Shown one piece after another: positions 1 through 10,472 of a stretch of DNA of 64,000 nt (position 1 is its first letter; each line of letters begins with the position of its first letter). The stretch spans positions 759-64,758 of IMG/VR virus record IMGVR_UViG_3300042691_024284, one strand, 5' to 3'. The stretch comes from a virus. Its lineage: Duplodnaviria; Caudoviricetes. The notes under the pieces were generated by a model. That model had not been told where the DNA came from and did not search any database. It saw only the letters and a list, made by a program, of their open reading frames with translations. The position numbers were made by a program, and so were the translations under genes.

Positions 1-1
1 C

Positions 2-2017
2 ATCAAATGCTTGACGAGCCATGGCTTCGCCAATCGCGCTGGCTTTGTCGCTAACAGAAAGCGGACGGTTTCCAACTGAAGCTTGTGCAATGTCTAACTC
101 AGTTTGATACCCAGGGTTTGCTTTTAGTTCAGCAGCAATTAAATTTTCTGTAACGTCTGTTTGTTTGGTAGAAGAAGAATTAATTTGAGCAACAGCATTA
201 GCCGCATTGGTGGCATCTTCTTTTGTTGCTCCAGCAGCTATCGCAGATTGATAAGTCGAGCTCCAAAGAGTCTCTTCTCCAGTTTTTTCAACCAGGCCAT
301 CAGAAGCGGCCTTGGTAATATCAGAAGCAACTTTTGGATTTGTAACGTTGCTTGCTGCTTTTAACGTACTGTCTAATCCTCGAATTGCATCTGCTGCGGC
401 CATGTAATTTCCGCTTTGTAACGCTTGAACAACCCTTGAAGCTGCTGCGGCAGTTTGTAAATCTTTACTGTTAGATAGTTGTCCGCCTATTTGAGCAACA
501 GTAGTCCAATCTTGTCTTGCAACGGCGTTTGCCAAACTAGCTGCTCTCGATACATCTGAAAGTGTAATGTTGCCAGTTAAATTAACTGAACCAATACTAT
601 TTGAAATGTTAGGATTGTTAATGAGCGCGGTAACAATTCCTAACGGGTTGTCGTTTTTAATTGCGTTAGCTACGTTCAAAGCGGTTGCCGCGTCTGTAAA
701 TTGCCCTATGCCTGCAAGGCTTGCCAACCCTCCTAGTGTATTGCCTTGACTAATTGCAAGCGCAGCATTAGCAGCTTGGGCATAAGGGGCAACGCCAGGG
801 ATAAATGACGCAACAGCTAATGCCTGGGAAATAAGCTGTCCTTGGCCTGTATCAGCACCAAAGGTTGTAAACTGCAGCTTTCCAGTGGCGGGGTTAACAA
901 TCATGTTATAACCCGTCATGCCTGGACCGCTATAGGTCTTGCCGATTTGAAATCTATATGGGTCGGTTGCCGATGTGTAACCCAAAGTTTGTGTTGGAGT
1001 CTTTACTATTTTTCCAACCGACACATCGGGCAAGAAATACTGTGTGTATAAGTTTCCCTCTTCATCTTTAATTTGACGGCTCTGAACTCTTGCCAACTCT
1101 TCCGGAGTCAGCTCTCGATTAACGGCCGCACTGCCTGCGCTTTCATCCAGTGCAATATACGGGTTGAAAGCAGACAACATGTATCTTGGAGTTGTCGAGC
1201 CTTCATCAAACCTTTGCGAAACCTGGCCCTCACGAAGCATGTCCTCAAGTTTTACTTGACTGAGGTCAGTAATTCCTTTGTTCATTAGCTCTCGAGCCAT
1301 GTCAAGAACTACCTGTTCGCCAGCGTTTGGATCACGACCTAAAAGTTTTTTAGCCTCGTCGTAACCAAAGCCTACGCTTTCACCTGTGGTGCCAAAGATT
1401 CCTCCGCGCAGTTCACCTAGGTTAGGAACAATCTGTTGAGCTAATGTTAAAAGCGTATTTTTGTCATACACGTTTCCGGATCTGTCTACCGCAGCTTGTT
1501 CCGCAACATTTAACCCAGAATATTGTGGCGTCAAACCTTTAGAAATAAAATATGATGCCTGTTGTTGTGGAGTAAAACCTGTAGCCCGTTGAATGTCTTC
1601 TGCAGAAACATTAAACTTAGCAATCGCATTTGCAATCGCTGCCGGATCATCTTGATTCTGTTTAATAAAATCGCTAATTTGAAGCTTTGTTAGCGGTGTT
1701 AAACCAGGGGCGGGGGTCGGAGCTGTGGCTGAGACCAGAGCCGGTGTAGGTGCAGGCGCTGTAACTCCAACAGGGGCCGGCGCGGGCGCGGGCGCAAGTA
1801 GATCCAGTCCTGAATACGAAGGAGTTATATTTGCGGCGGAAAAGAAAGAAGCCTGTTGCGCTGGCGTGTAACCAGTGGCAGACTGAATGTCAGACGCAGA
1901 AATGCCAAACTTCCCGGCAACATCAGAGATGAGTTGCGGGTCAGATAAATTTTGAGCAACGAAGTTGCTGATGTCAGCAGCTGAAAATTGCCCTTGATTT
2001 CCGAAAGTTTGGCTCAT
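2..2017 (-). CDS. N-terminal part of a very large putative internal virion/ejection protein (runs off left edge)
   Basis: ATG at 2017 just after a late promoter motif. Translates MSQTFGNQGQFSAADISNFVAQN... with an internal repeat (DIQSATGYTPAQQ / DIQRATGFTPQQQ) and an AP linker. Frame is still open at position 2. Absent from the ORF track because it has no stop in the window. Confidence 0.75.
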   Translation of the reverse strand, partial: MSQTFGNQGQFSAADISNFVAQNLSDPQLISDVAGKFGISASDIQSATGYTPAQQASFFSAANITPSYSGLDLLAPAPAPAPVGVTAPAPTPALVSATAPTPAPGLTPLTKLQISDFIKQNQDDPAAIANAIAKFNVSAEDIQRATGFTPQQQASYFISKGLTPQYSGLNVAEQAAVDRSGNVYDKNTLLTLAQQIVPNLGELRGGIFGTTGESVGFGYDEAKKLLGRDPNAGEQVVLDMARELMNKGITDLSQVKLEDMLREGQVSQRFDEGSTTPRYMLSAFNPYIALDESAGSAAVNRELTPEELARVQSRQIKDEEGNLYTQYFLPDVSVGKIVKTPTQTLGYTSATDPYRFQIGKTYSGPGMTGYNMIVNPATGKLQFTTFGADTGQGQLISQALAVASFIPGVAPYAQAANAALAISQGNTLGGLASLAGIGQFTDAATALNVANAIKNDNPLGIVTALINNPNISNSIGSVNLTGNITLSDVSRAASLANAVARQDWTTVAQIGGQLSNSKDLQTAAAASRVVQALQSGNYMAAADAIRGLDSTLKAASNVTNPKVASDITKAASDGLVEKTGEETLWSSTYQSAIAAGATKEDATNAANAVAQINSSSTKQTDVTENLIAAELKANPGYQTELDIAQASVGNRPLSVSDKASAIGEAMARQAFD

Positions 2018-2027
2018 GGTTCTATAT

Positions 2028-2038
2028 CTACTAATGCA
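2028..2038 (-). promoter_or_regulatory. Phage-specific promoter motif TGCATTAGTAG
   Basis: One of 9 copies of TGCATWRGTRG located just upstream of gene starts, in the sense orientation. Confidence 0.7.
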
Positions 2039-2060
2039 TAAAAAGAGAGGATTTTGCTCT

Positions 2061-2318
2061 TTATTCCGTGGGGCCGTTTACTAAAGATATGACAGACGAG
2101 ACCCAATCTTGCCAGCGTTCAAAACCGTCGGGGGACGGCACGCCGTAAGACATAAACGTGGGCAGGCCAGCCATTTGAGCGGCAAACTGGGGCCAGTTTT
2201 CTTCATCGACCCTTGGCAAAGGCTCCTGTCCAAAATAGTGCAGCATATTGCCATTCCAGCTTTCCCAGGTGTTATCCCCAGCAATAAACGGAATGCTTTG
2301 ATTAATTGGCGCGCTCAT
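2061..2318 (-). CDS. Hypothetical virion-associated protein, 85 aa
   Basis: ATGA overlap with upstream gene; in structural operon. Confidence 0.65.
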   Translation of the reverse strand: MSAPINQSIPFIAGDNTWESWNGNMLHYFGQEPLPRVDEENWPQFAAQMAGLPTFMSYGVPSPDGFERWQDWVSSVISLVNGPTE

Positions 2319-4405
2319 GGACGCTCATCCCCGTATTCTGCCGTAATCAAAATCCGACCCATTTGGTAGTCGCCGCCGGCAACGTTGCTTTCAAATTTAA
2401 GCTTACTTTCGCGGTTTTCAATACGCAGGTCAACCTTGCCTTCGTTTGGGCCAAAAGTAAAAACAGGAGATAACTCCTGGTCTCCTCTTGCAAACTTCCG
2501 ACCGATCACTTGCAGTGTCATGTCTCCCGTTTGCGCAAAGTCTGGCTCAACTCGTCTTAGATGAATACGTCGATTCACCCCTTTGGCGGCGTCTTGTGAT
2601 GGATCTCCTCCCACCCAACTTATGTCGCAAGTTGTTATGTTTGATTGAATGGCAAGGGTGCCGTTATCACTAACCTCATTAACGCCGTACTCATGTTGCC
2701 ACATGGTATACCCGTTGCTTGTGGGATACACATTGTCGCCAACAGCGGGGTAAGCAGCAAAATTTGTATTTGCAACAAGAAATGTTGTGTTTGTTACGGC
2801 ACTGTAAGTTACACTAACAACCTTGTAGAACACATCCCCAACAATCGTTGAGAACTGAAAGTTTTTCCCTGGGGGGAGCAATGGGGTTGCATCACCCACT
2901 AAATATAATTGATTTGATGCTGGTGCTGGTGATCCTCCCGGGGTTGCCGCAACCTTAGCCGGGTTAGAAAAACTAGCTACATACTCCCAACCAAACCAAA
3001 TTGGGCTTGGAAACACTTCAGTTGTATAGCCGCACGATCTACGAGCCCCGACCGCCTGCCCAGCGTCGTACCAGATTTTATCTTTAACGTTGTAAATTAC
3101 GGCATCGGTACACTCAGTGGCCGTGCCTCTTGGATAAAAAAACCAGATTTCATTATATCTAGGCACTTTTGTTGCCCAAACTTTTTGGCGTTGTTCGAAG
3201 TTTAGGTTATCGTAGATCCAGTTTATGTTTTTATCATTGGCGAGAACCTGAACCGAACCGTTGTATAAATAAAAACGGTCAACGCCCATCCAGTAATAAA
3301 CTCCGTCCATTTCAACGACGCAGTTTGATGACATAATGGAGGTCTGGCTAGAAATAATGTCGTACTTCCAGTACTGCGCTGCGTTTCCAGTAAATGAAAC
3401 ACGAATCAAACTGTCAGTAGCCCAGAACAAACCTGACGGAGAATTTGTTCCGCCGCGCACCGGCATGCCGCGAACTATCTTACCGGCCGTCATGTTTACG
3501 CGATTGGCAAGCGGCCCGTTCCAATCATTTAAGCTTTGATTTGCGTATACGGCATCAACGTGATTGTTTGCAATAAACCCATTTGATCCGTAAATAAACA
3601 AAAACGGATACAGCACTACTATACCGCCATCGGCTGTTACTGGCGCAAAAGTTGGATTTGTGCCCTGCGTATCAGCAAGCCCATAAAAATTCCAAACATT
3701 ACCCGAACCGGGTAAAATATTTCCGGCGTAAACTTGAGTCTCAACGCCGTTGTCTATGTTTGCTAAGTTACGACCAGGATGCGCAATAACTTCAAGCGCA
3801 GCACCTTGGGGGTTGTACTGAATGTCAAACTGCCAAATGTTATTTACGTTAGGTTGGTAATACGTATTGGCAATCCAGACGTTAGTAGGGGGCGTGCCTG
3901 GCATGGCGGGCGTTACACTAACGGTGGTGTTTACCGCAAACACGGAACCTGTAACAGTGTAAATTTGCGCTCCTGGCGTTTGATCAAACACTACCTTAGT
4001 GCCAATTGGGTACTTAGCAGTTTGATCTCCAGTAACATCAAAACTATTAACGGCAGTTGCAACGATGGGTTCTTTTGCGTAACCTACGTTCATGACCGCT
4101 GGAAATGGTCCGTTACCAGCGCCTAAAGTTGTGCCCGTGGTAAACGCATCAACTGTTGTTGCATTGCCGGCAAACAAATAATTTAAACCATTGTATGCAT
4201 TTACAATCATGCCTCTGGCGATGCCGTTTGAGTCGCGGAACATTTGGCGGTATCCGCCTGTTTTTCTCGGAGTTCCGCGTTGAAAGCGAGCCCAAACACC
4301 GTCAGTAAACTCGCGCGACTCAAAAGTAGTTCCGTCGCGTTTAATCCCTGGCTGAACGCCAAGGGTATAAATCATACTTAAGTTTTGATCAAACTTTTCG
4401 GCCAT
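2315..4405 (-). CDS. Putative tail/head-stabilization protein (P22 gp10 / tail tubular B-like beta-propeller)
   Basis: 696 aa; motifs YWMG..RFY.YNGSVQ and PRYNEIWFFYP; position after adaptor genes. Confidence 0.65.
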   Translation of the reverse strand: MAEKFDQNLSMIYTLGVQPGIKRDGTTFESREFTDGVWARFQRGTPRKTGGYRQMFRDSNGIARGMIVNAYNGLNYLFAGNATTVDAFTTGTTLGAGNGPFPAVMNVGYAKEPIVATAVNSFDVTGDQTAKYPIGTKVVFDQTPGAQIYTVTGSVFAVNTTVSVTPAMPGTPPTNVWIANTYYQPNVNNIWQFDIQYNPQGAALEVIAHPGRNLANIDNGVETQVYAGNILPGSGNVWNFYGLADTQGTNPTFAPVTADGGIVVLYPFLFIYGSNGFIANNHVDAVYANQSLNDWNGPLANRVNMTAGKIVRGMPVRGGTNSPSGLFWATDSLIRVSFTGNAAQYWKYDIISSQTSIMSSNCVVEMDGVYYWMGVDRFYLYNGSVQVLANDKNINWIYDNLNFEQRQKVWATKVPRYNEIWFFYPRGTATECTDAVIYNVKDKIWYDAGQAVGARRSCGYTTEVFPSPIWFGWEYVASFSNPAKVAATPGGSPAPASNQLYLVGDATPLLPPGKNFQFSTIVGDVFYKVVSVTYSAVTNTTFLVANTNFAAYPAVGDNVYPTSNGYTMWQHEYGVNEVSDNGTLAIQSNITTCDISWVGGDPSQDAAKGVNRRIHLRRVEPDFAQTGDMTLQVIGRKFARGDQELSPVFTFGPNEGKVDLRIENRESKLKFESNVAGGDYQMGRILITAEYGDERP

Positions 4406-5676
4406 TAGAATGTACCGCCAGCAATAAGCGCCGCATTAAATTGAGCAGGCGTTGATACTTGACGATTGCCAAGGTTTGTTGCGTTAAACTCAAATATATT
4501 TTGCCCATTTGCCGTTACATTTAACACGTTAGCCGCGGACAGATAAAGTCCGGTATTTGTGTCGCTGATGAACGAAAATGTAGGCACAGCTGCTGTGCCG
4601 TTATTTGCTAAAAAAGTTCCCGTTAAAGCAGTAGTAGCAACAATTGTTAAATTTGTACCATTACTTAATACAATTGCCGTAACGCCATTACCAAAAACTA
4701 AAGGCGGTTGCGCACTTCCTGTTATTTGAAACTGAATATTATAGCCCGGTTGTCCCGTAGCATTAGAAAAAACATACAGCTGTGTAATGGCCGGCAGGGT
4801 TACTGTTAGCGTCTGCGTCCTTGTTCCGGTAAACGCAACGTATGTTTGGATGGTAGGAGCAAAAGTTACAAGACTTAAGCTATTGCCAACAATTGCATCA
4901 ACGTCATACGTTGCCGAAGTATAAGTTACTGATGATTGACGCGATAAACCGACGGTAAAGAAATTGTCCGTGTCTGCGTCATAAACAATGATGGCTGAAT
5001 CTGACGGATAAAATGTAGATGTGCTGCCGTTGTCAATTAGAGAGCCTGCAAACGGTACAATGGTAAGCGCGCCGGTTCCACCGTTACGGACCATGATAAA
5101 CCAACCAGGCTCAATCGTAGCCGGGTTGGGTAAGTTAAACGTACCGGCTCCGCTTGTCCATACATAAGCCAAAGCGCGGCTGTTTTCATCGAGAGTGGGG
5201 GCAACAGCAATTTCAATAACATCAGTAGATGTTTCAAGTTTGCCTGCCATGGTAGTAAGACCACTACCGACAAGAGACGCAGCATCCGCAACTGATGTGC
5301 CCGCGCCATAAGTAAAGTTACGGTAGACGCCTGCCGCGGTGCTATTATCGACTAGATAAAAATACCTAGCAGTGCCAGCAGTAATGGTTACATCGTTGCC
5401 GCCCGTGTAATCCTCGACAACAAAGTCCTGCGCGCCGCGGTTACGGAACAGTATGTCCGTGCCAACCGAGATCTGGTTGGCTGGCGGCAGCCTGATTGAC
5501 AGACCGGCGTTGTTGGCAATACAGTCAATGATCCTGGCAGCCACGACGGTAGTACCGCCGGGTATGGTACTATCAGGCCAGGATAGTTGCTGGTTGGTTG
5601 AGAACGTAAGCGACTGATAGCTTACGTCGGTTGGCTGAACAACGTCCCCAGTAAATGGCGAAACGTACGTCGGCAT
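4405..5676 (-). CDS. Putative tail structural protein
   Basis: 423 aa beta-rich; ends in GGTF like other fibre-anchor proteins here. Confidence 0.6.
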   Translation of the reverse strand: MPTYVSPFTGDVVQPTDVSYQSLTFSTNQQLSWPDSTIPGGTTVVAARIIDCIANNAGLSIRLPPANQISVGTDILFRNRGAQDFVVEDYTGGNDVTITAGTARYFYLVDNSTAAGVYRNFTYGAGTSVADAASLVGSGLTTMAGKLETSTDVIEIAVAPTLDENSRALAYVWTSGAGTFNLPNPATIEPGWFIMVRNGGTGALTIVPFAGSLIDNGSTSTFYPSDSAIIVYDADTDNFFTVGLSRQSSVTYTSATYDVDAIVGNSLSLVTFAPTIQTYVAFTGTRTQTLTVTLPAITQLYVFSNATGQPGYNIQFQITGSAQPPLVFGNGVTAIVLSNGTNLTIVATTALTGTFLANNGTAAVPTFSFISDTNTGLYLSAANVLNVTANGQNIFEFNATNLGNRQVSTPAQFNAALIAGGTF

Positions 5677-6294
5677 TTACGGCTCCAATACGCTGGTGTT
5701 GCGGTCGATGTTCCTGCTTGTGTTCTCGGCTTTGAGCGCTTGCATGGCGTTATCATACATACTACGCCAGAGTTGAAGCTTATCCGGAGACTTTAAGTAG
5801 CCTTGCGCTTGTAGCAGGGTGCCAAACAGAATAGCCTGCGGGGCTACTTGCGTGATAAGATTTTGCTGATTCGTTGAGTCAAGCGGCTGAACGAGGCTGT
5901 AATAGATGATTTCAACTGTGTAAGCGCTGTTTGGAATCGGGCCCAGAGCCCAGTTATTGTAGTCATAATCTGCATAGTACTTTGGTTCTCCTTGTGAAAA
6001 CTCGGTTTGTACTTGAGCAACATAATCCTGTGATCGATGCAAAACCGGCTTACCATTAATTTTCATGGAGACGGTCTTTCTCCAACGGGTCGGCTTTAAA
6101 AGCGTTCCCAAAGCCGGGACCAGGGTGGTGGTTACCACGTTCAGCTCCCAAAGAGTTTTTATCTGCGCCGCTATCTCTTGCTCAGCCATAGCGATCAGGC
6201 GAGGGATCTGCTGCACGAAAGACGTGTCGTTACGCTCTGAGTAACGGATTATGTCCTCAACCAGCGAGTCATAGGTCATTACGTATGCTGGCAT
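5677..6294 (-). CDS. Putative head-tail adaptor protein
   Basis: 205 aa; YDSL..DI..Y.ER.D, G.P.YYA and LGP.P...Y.VEI.YY motifs typical of podovirus adaptors. Confidence 0.65.
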   Translation of the reverse strand: MPAYVMTYDSLVEDIIRYSERNDTSFVQQIPRLIAMAEQEIAAQIKTLWELNVVTTTLVPALGTLLKPTRWRKTVSMKINGKPVLHRSQDYVAQVQTEFSQGEPKYYADYDYNNWALGPIPNSAYTVEIIYYSLVQPLDSTNQQNLITQVAPQAILFGTLLQAQGYLKSPDKLQLWRSMYDNAMQALKAENTSRNIDRNTSVLEP

Positions 6295-6297
6295 TTA

Positions 6298-7353
6298 TTA
6301 TCTCGTGTAATAAGAAATTACCGGAGCGTAGTAAATTGGCGACTTATCGCGCTCTTCGCTCTCTGCTTGAGCCAGCCACTTGTTGGCTTGGTCCTCTAGG
6401 TAAACAATACGGTTTTGGTCAACGTTAGGGATTTGCAAAGCCATCTGATGCGATAGCATTTTTTGTACGGCTGCAATCCAACGATTGGGAATGTACAGCT
6501 CGTTTGACAAACTGCCAACGTCTTGTATTTGCTTTTCAATAATTAACTGGAAAAGCTGAAAGTCGTTGTTTGGGATAGGCCACAAATACATTTGCGGCGT
6601 AATCTGGCGATCAAACCAATACTGCAAAGACCGCTGAGAAGAAAACTGTTTGTTTGGTAGATTCCAGTAGTCGTCCCGGTTTAGTCGTGCCAGGGGAATG
6701 TCTTGCTGCGTGTAAGAAAACACCATCTGGCGAAGCGAAAAAGTGGGAGCTACTGTTTCACGCAGCCTAAAAAACTGATAGCCTGGAGTTGGCTCTACAG
6801 GGAAATAATACCACTCGCGATCCTGTAAAGTTACCGTTGGCAGGGTCTGCCTGAGCGTCCAAGTAATTCCGTCTTCGCTCGTCTCAAAAACAAAATTATA
6901 TGTAGAGTTTCCGTAAGAGTTAAACCCTACTTGGTATATCCTCTGATCAGACGAATAGGGGACACCAAACCAGTTGTCCAGCACGGTTGATGTGCCGTGG
7001 GTGTTTAGATCTTTATCAAACACCAGCGGCGCTGTGGCGTTACTTGCAGGCAGCGCCCCTTGAGCTTCTGGCACAACAACATAACGCCAGTTGGCCTCGC
7101 GCACATCCACCGTGCCCTCGGGCAAGGTGATAATGGTTTGGTCTTTGACTGTGCCAATGAGCTTATTCTCCAACATCCACAGGTTAACTCCGCGGTTGGA
7201 GAGGTTTTGCAAAATGTAGAACAGCGCCTGCTTGCCGGCAACGACATACTGCGCGGTCTGCTCTTCAGAGGGCTTTCCACTTTCGCGAAAAGCATACTCT
7301 ATCAGCTGCCCGACATTTATCTTTGTCTGATTAGTTGTGCCCGAATAGGCCAT
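6298..7353 (-). CDS. Putative head-tail connector/adaptor protein with inserted beta domain
   Basis: 351 aa; LSNRGVNLW, LARLNRDDYWNLPNK and QYWFDRQ..P.MYLWP motifs. Confidence 0.6.
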   Translation of the reverse strand: MAYSGTTNQTKINVGQLIEYAFRESGKPSEEQTAQYVVAGKQALFYILQNLSNRGVNLWMLENKLIGTVKDQTIITLPEGTVDVREANWRYVVVPEAQGALPASNATAPLVFDKDLNTHGTSTVLDNWFGVPYSSDQRIYQVGFNSYGNSTYNFVFETSEDGITWTLRQTLPTVTLQDREWYYFPVEPTPGYQFFRLRETVAPTFSLRQMVFSYTQQDIPLARLNRDDYWNLPNKQFSSQRSLQYWFDRQITPQMYLWPIPNNDFQLFQLIIEKQIQDVGSLSNELYIPNRWIAAVQKMLSHQMALQIPNVDQNRIVYLEDQANKWLAQAESEERDKSPIYYAPVISYYTR

Positions 7354-7356
7354 GGA

Positions 7357-7536
7357 TTATCTCCCGCGGCCGGCTGCTCGCTTGGGGGCTTGTGACTTAA
7401 CGCGCTCAGGAAGATTCTTTTTGGCCGGACCAGCTTTGACAAACTCTTTGCCTACTTTTTTAGGGATGCCAATGTTGGATTTGCCAGCTGCTGCAGCATA
7501 CATGGCGCGCTGTTGAGCTTTAGATTCAATAGGCAT
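7357..7536 (-). CDS. Small basic virion protein ([12 protein letters not shown]...[10 protein letters not shown])
   Basis: Likely start 7536, immediately after the upstream stop; the track start at 7698 would overlap the neighbouring gene. Confidence 0.65.
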   Translation of the reverse strand: MPIESKAQQRAMYAAAAGKSNIGIPKKVGKEFVKAGPAKKNLPERVKSQAPKRAAGRGR

Positions 7537-7537
7537 T

Positions 7538-8335
7538 TTAGCAAGTCCTTCCGCCATCAGCGTATTGCCCAAGCGCCTGCAAACCACGCATGATTTGACG
7601 CTCCTGGTCTGAGATAACTCCAAGGGGAGCTGCATTACCCATGGGGCCGCTAGGCATGGCAGCACCCATACCGCCCGACGGTGTGCGGGGGCGGACAATT
7701 GGCTCGGCCATTGGTGCGCGGCTGATCATCGTGCTATCGTAATCAGAAATAGTTCCACCATCCATATACCCGCCAGCAGCCATCATTTCGATGGGCTGGT
7801 TCTCTGGCATGGACATCGCAGCGCTTTCGGCTCCAGCAGCTTCAGGCAGCGCTCCAACAGAGGATGCCGTCATGGTCTTTTTTGCAGGCCGGTTGCCGGT
7901 TGCGGGAGACTCTTTCTTTTTGCCGGTGGCTGCGCTGGGAGCGTCAGCTTTGCCGGCCTTAGTCTTTTTTGTTTGGGCAATCGCTTTCTTGTCGTCTTTG
8001 CCCTTCTTCATCTCGATGGCGCCACCCTCTTTTTTGACGTTAGCTACGCCGCCGGTTTTCATGGGGTTGCACAGACCGCCAGTTTTGTATTTGTTAACTA
8101 CACCGCCCGTCTTTTTGACGCGCCGACCAGTTTTCAGCTTAAGCTCAGTTTTTTCCTCGCCTTTGTGCTTGGAGCCCTCATGCTGACCCACAGCCTTTTT
8201 GATCATTGCCTTATCTTTGGCAATATCCTTGGCTTCCTCTTTCTCTTCGGAGTGCTTTTTACGGGAGACATAGCCGCCTTCTTTGTAACAGCTGATGTCA
8301 GACTTCATTTTGACATTTGGTTTAAACCCTTCCAC
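7538..8335 (-). CDS. Lys-rich putative internal head protein with repeated xKxGG/xAxGG motifs
   Basis: 265 aa low complexity; [40 protein letters not shown]; RBS AGGAG and a promoter upstream. Confidence 0.7.
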   Translation of the reverse strand: MEGFKPNVKMKSDISCYKEGGYVSRKKHSEEKEEAKDIAKDKAMIKKAVGQHEGSKHKGEEKTELKLKTGRRVKKTGGVVNKYKTGGLCNPMKTGGVANVKKEGGAIEMKKGKDDKKAIAQTKKTKAGKADAPSAATGKKKESPATGNRPAKKTMTASSVGALPEAAGAESAAMSMPENQPIEMMAAGGYMDGGTISDYDSTMISRAPMAEPIVRPRTPSGGMGAAMPSGPMGNAAPLGVISDQERQIMRGLQALGQYADGGRTC

Positions 8336-8371
8336 GGCAGTACTCCTTATAAAAAGTTGTGGATTCTCTTA

Positions 8372-8382
8372 CTACTTATGCA
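8372..8382 (-). promoter_or_regulatory. Phage-specific promoter motif TGCATAAGTAG
   Basis: Repeated motif upstream of 8335 start. Confidence 0.7.
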
Positions 8383-8402
8383 AAAATCAGGGCTAAATTA
8401 GC

Positions 8403-8879
8403 CTAGCTTAGATACAGATTGCGCTCGTCTTTGCGGCGTTTTACCAGCCCCGGAAGCTCTTTTCCTGCGGCCTTGGTCCACGCCATAAAGGACTCTGCGG
8501 CCTCATCAAACTCGCCGCGGTTGTGTTTCATCCTGATGGTAGACCGCTGGAGGTTGCCCAGGCCAGCGTTAAAAGCGAATGAAACGAGTGCCCCAAAGCG
8601 ACCAGGAGTAAGGCCATTAGGACAAAGTCGTAATACGCCGGTTTCAAACCTTGCCAGATCCTGAGCAAGAATCTGGTTGACTTCGTCCATGCTGAGGGTG
8701 CGATCCCAACCGTCTGGTATGGGTAAGTTTTTACGCTCTTCAAGTTTTACCCCTATGTGGCGAGGATCGATGACATGGCCGACCGCAGTGGTCCAAAGAA
8801 GCGCCGGGCACCTATACGGCCTAAATCGCACCCCCTCGTGGTGCTTAATCATCTCAATGACCCGCTGGTCTACCTTCAT
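8403..8879 (-). CDS. Endolysin, GH24 phage lysozyme
   Basis: HHEG.RF.PY.CPA..WT..VGH, ALVSFAFN.G.G and W.KA.GK.LPGLV.RR..E motifs. Confidence 0.92.
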   Translation of the reverse strand: MKVDQRVIEMIKHHEGVRFRPYRCPALLWTTAVGHVIDPRHIGVKLEERKNLPIPDGWDRTLSMDEVNQILAQDLARFETGVLRLCPNGLTPGRFGALVSFAFNAGLGNLQRSTIRMKHNRGEFDEAAESFMAWTKAAGKELPGLVKRRKDERNLYLS

Positions 8880-9358
8880 TTTTTAAAGGATTGTGACCCA
8901 AACCAGAATGCGATCACCGAAGAAAATATGATGGCGGAGTCTTCATCCCATAGAATTGACATCGCTTGATCAAACGGCACCCCAGTCTTCCATGCATAGA
9001 AAAAACCAAAGATGTTTACAAAGAGCAGCATGCAGAACATGCCGTATGTAATCACAGGCCGCACAGAGGCTCGCATGTTGACTACCCACTGAGACGCTCC
9101 TTTGCCAATCTCGATGTCGTGTTTGTACAGCGCCTCGCGCTCCTGCACCGCCGTTTGCATAGCAATTTGATCAGTCCGTATCTCCTCGATGCGGGCCTGC
9201 GCTGCAAACCCACGCTCAAGCATCTGCAGCTCGCGCTCGGTCTGCATGCGTGCCAGGGCTAACTCGTGTGACTTATCAGAGCGGTCTTGGAAGAAATCCA
9301 AGATCTTTGGCAGACCGCCCATCAGGAAAGATACAAGTGTGGAAAGCAGCGTGATCAT
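8876..9358 (-). CDS. Putative holin (3TM type)
   Basis: Hydrophobic segments; RASVRPVITY and FWFGSQ motifs; adjacent to lysozyme. Confidence 0.7.
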   Translation of the reverse strand: MITLLSTLVSFLMGGLPKILDFFQDRSDKSHELALARMQTERELQMLERGFAAQARIEEIRTDQIAMQTAVQEREALYKHDIEIGKGASQWVVNMRASVRPVITYGMFCMLLFVNIFGFFYAWKTGVPFDQAMSILWDEDSAIIFSSVIAFWFGSQSFKK

Positions 9359-9699
9359 TTTGCGTCTCCCATGCTGACGGTATCATCGCCCTTACGAACG
9401 GTGACCTTTCCGTCCTCCACGTCCACCCGCATTGGCGGCTCTTTCTGATCAAGCCGGGCGATAAGGTTTTGTATGACCTGGAACTCGGGCTTCTCTTCCT
9501 TATCCTTGGTGCCGGTGATGCCGCCGATCATTGAGATCAGGGCCATGATGACACCAGAGGCCATACCCACAATCGGAGTAAGGGCCTCAGAAGAAAGCTG
9601 CATGGCCGAGTAAATCACCATGCCAACCATCAGCACAATAGCGGGGATTCCTATGACCCCGATGACTTTACTTGCCAGTTCTTTTGCGGTCTTTTCCAT
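9355..9699 (-). CDS. Membrane protein (2 TM), lysis region
   Basis: Start MEKTAKE at a TAATG overlap; two hydrophobic helices. Confidence 0.6.
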   Translation of the reverse strand: MEKTAKELASKVIGVIGIPAIVLMVGMVIYSAMQLSSEALTPIVGMASGVIMALISMIGGITGTKDKEEKPEFQVIQNLIARLDQKEPPMRVDVEDGKVTVRKGDDTVSMGDAK

Positions 9700-10157
9700 T
9701 ACCACACCTTTGCTATTTTTAAAATTGCGTAAACAATTAAAGCGCATAAACCAAGAATAAGCCACTCGTTTCTTGTGGCCTTTCTATCTGAGTCGTACTC
9801 TTTTTGCAGCTCTTTTCTGTCTTTTCTTAAACGCTCTTCCAGGGCTTGTACTTCTTGGATGGCGCGCTTTCCAAACTCTTTTTCTATCTGTTTGAAAGCT
9901 TGTTCTTTTTGTTGTCTTATGTCGTAAAGAAGCCGGTACTCATTTATTGCGTCGATGTACATCATGTCGCCGCGGCGTTGGACTTCTTGCTGGCGTCGGC
10001 GCCAGGCTACGCGGGCGCGTGCTTCTTCATCAAGGAAGGTGTTAACCTCCTTGGCGGTCTCCTTTATCTCTCGGCCGGCGGCTAGTGCTTCTTTGATCCC
10101 GCCTAAAGCTGACTTGACAACCTGCGACGGATCGCTGGGGTCCGGGAGTTGTACCAA
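9699..10157 (-). CDS. Coiled-coil protein with C-terminal TM helix
   Basis: 152 aa ORF in lysis region. Confidence 0.6.
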   Translation of the reverse strand: MVQLPDPSDPSQVVKSALGGIKEALAAGREIKETAKEVNTFLDEEARARVAWRRRQQEVQRRGDMMYIDAINEYRLLYDIRQQKEQAFKQIEKEFGKRAIQEVQALEERLRKDRKELQKEYDSDRKATRNEWLILGLCALIVYAILKIAKVW

Positions 10158-10181
10158 GGCAAAGCTCCATTTTTATAGTTG

Positions 10182-10403
10182 TTATTTGTCTACTTTGTCA
10201 TCCAGACGGTCAAAGATCCTGGTGAGCATGGCTTTGATTTCGTCTATGTCTCGCTTGTAGTCGTCCTTTGTGACGTACAGCAGCGGCATTTCGGATATGC
10301 GGTCCTCGATGCGGATGATGGATTTGGAGAGGCTGTTGACCACCCAGCCGCCAAAGAATCCCGCCAGACCCACCGCGATGTTGATGATCGACTGGGTTTC
10401 CAT
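10182..10403 (-). CDS. Small membrane/coiled-coil protein (holin-like)
   Basis: N-terminal TM helix followed by YV.KDDY..DI.EIK.ML..IFD.LD.K. Confidence 0.65.
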   Translation of the reverse strand: METQSIINIAVGLAGFFGGWVVNSLSKSIIRIEDRISEMPLLYVTKDDYKRDIDEIKAMLTRIFDRLDDKVDK

Positions 10404-10472
10404 TTAGTTACAACCTCGTAATGTTTTATCCAATAAAGTTAATTGACTTAATCTTTTAACAATAGTTGTGGT

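Noticed and set aside
161-1288. Plus-strand short ORFs in the track
   Set aside because: They are antisense to the long minus-strand ORF starting at 2017.
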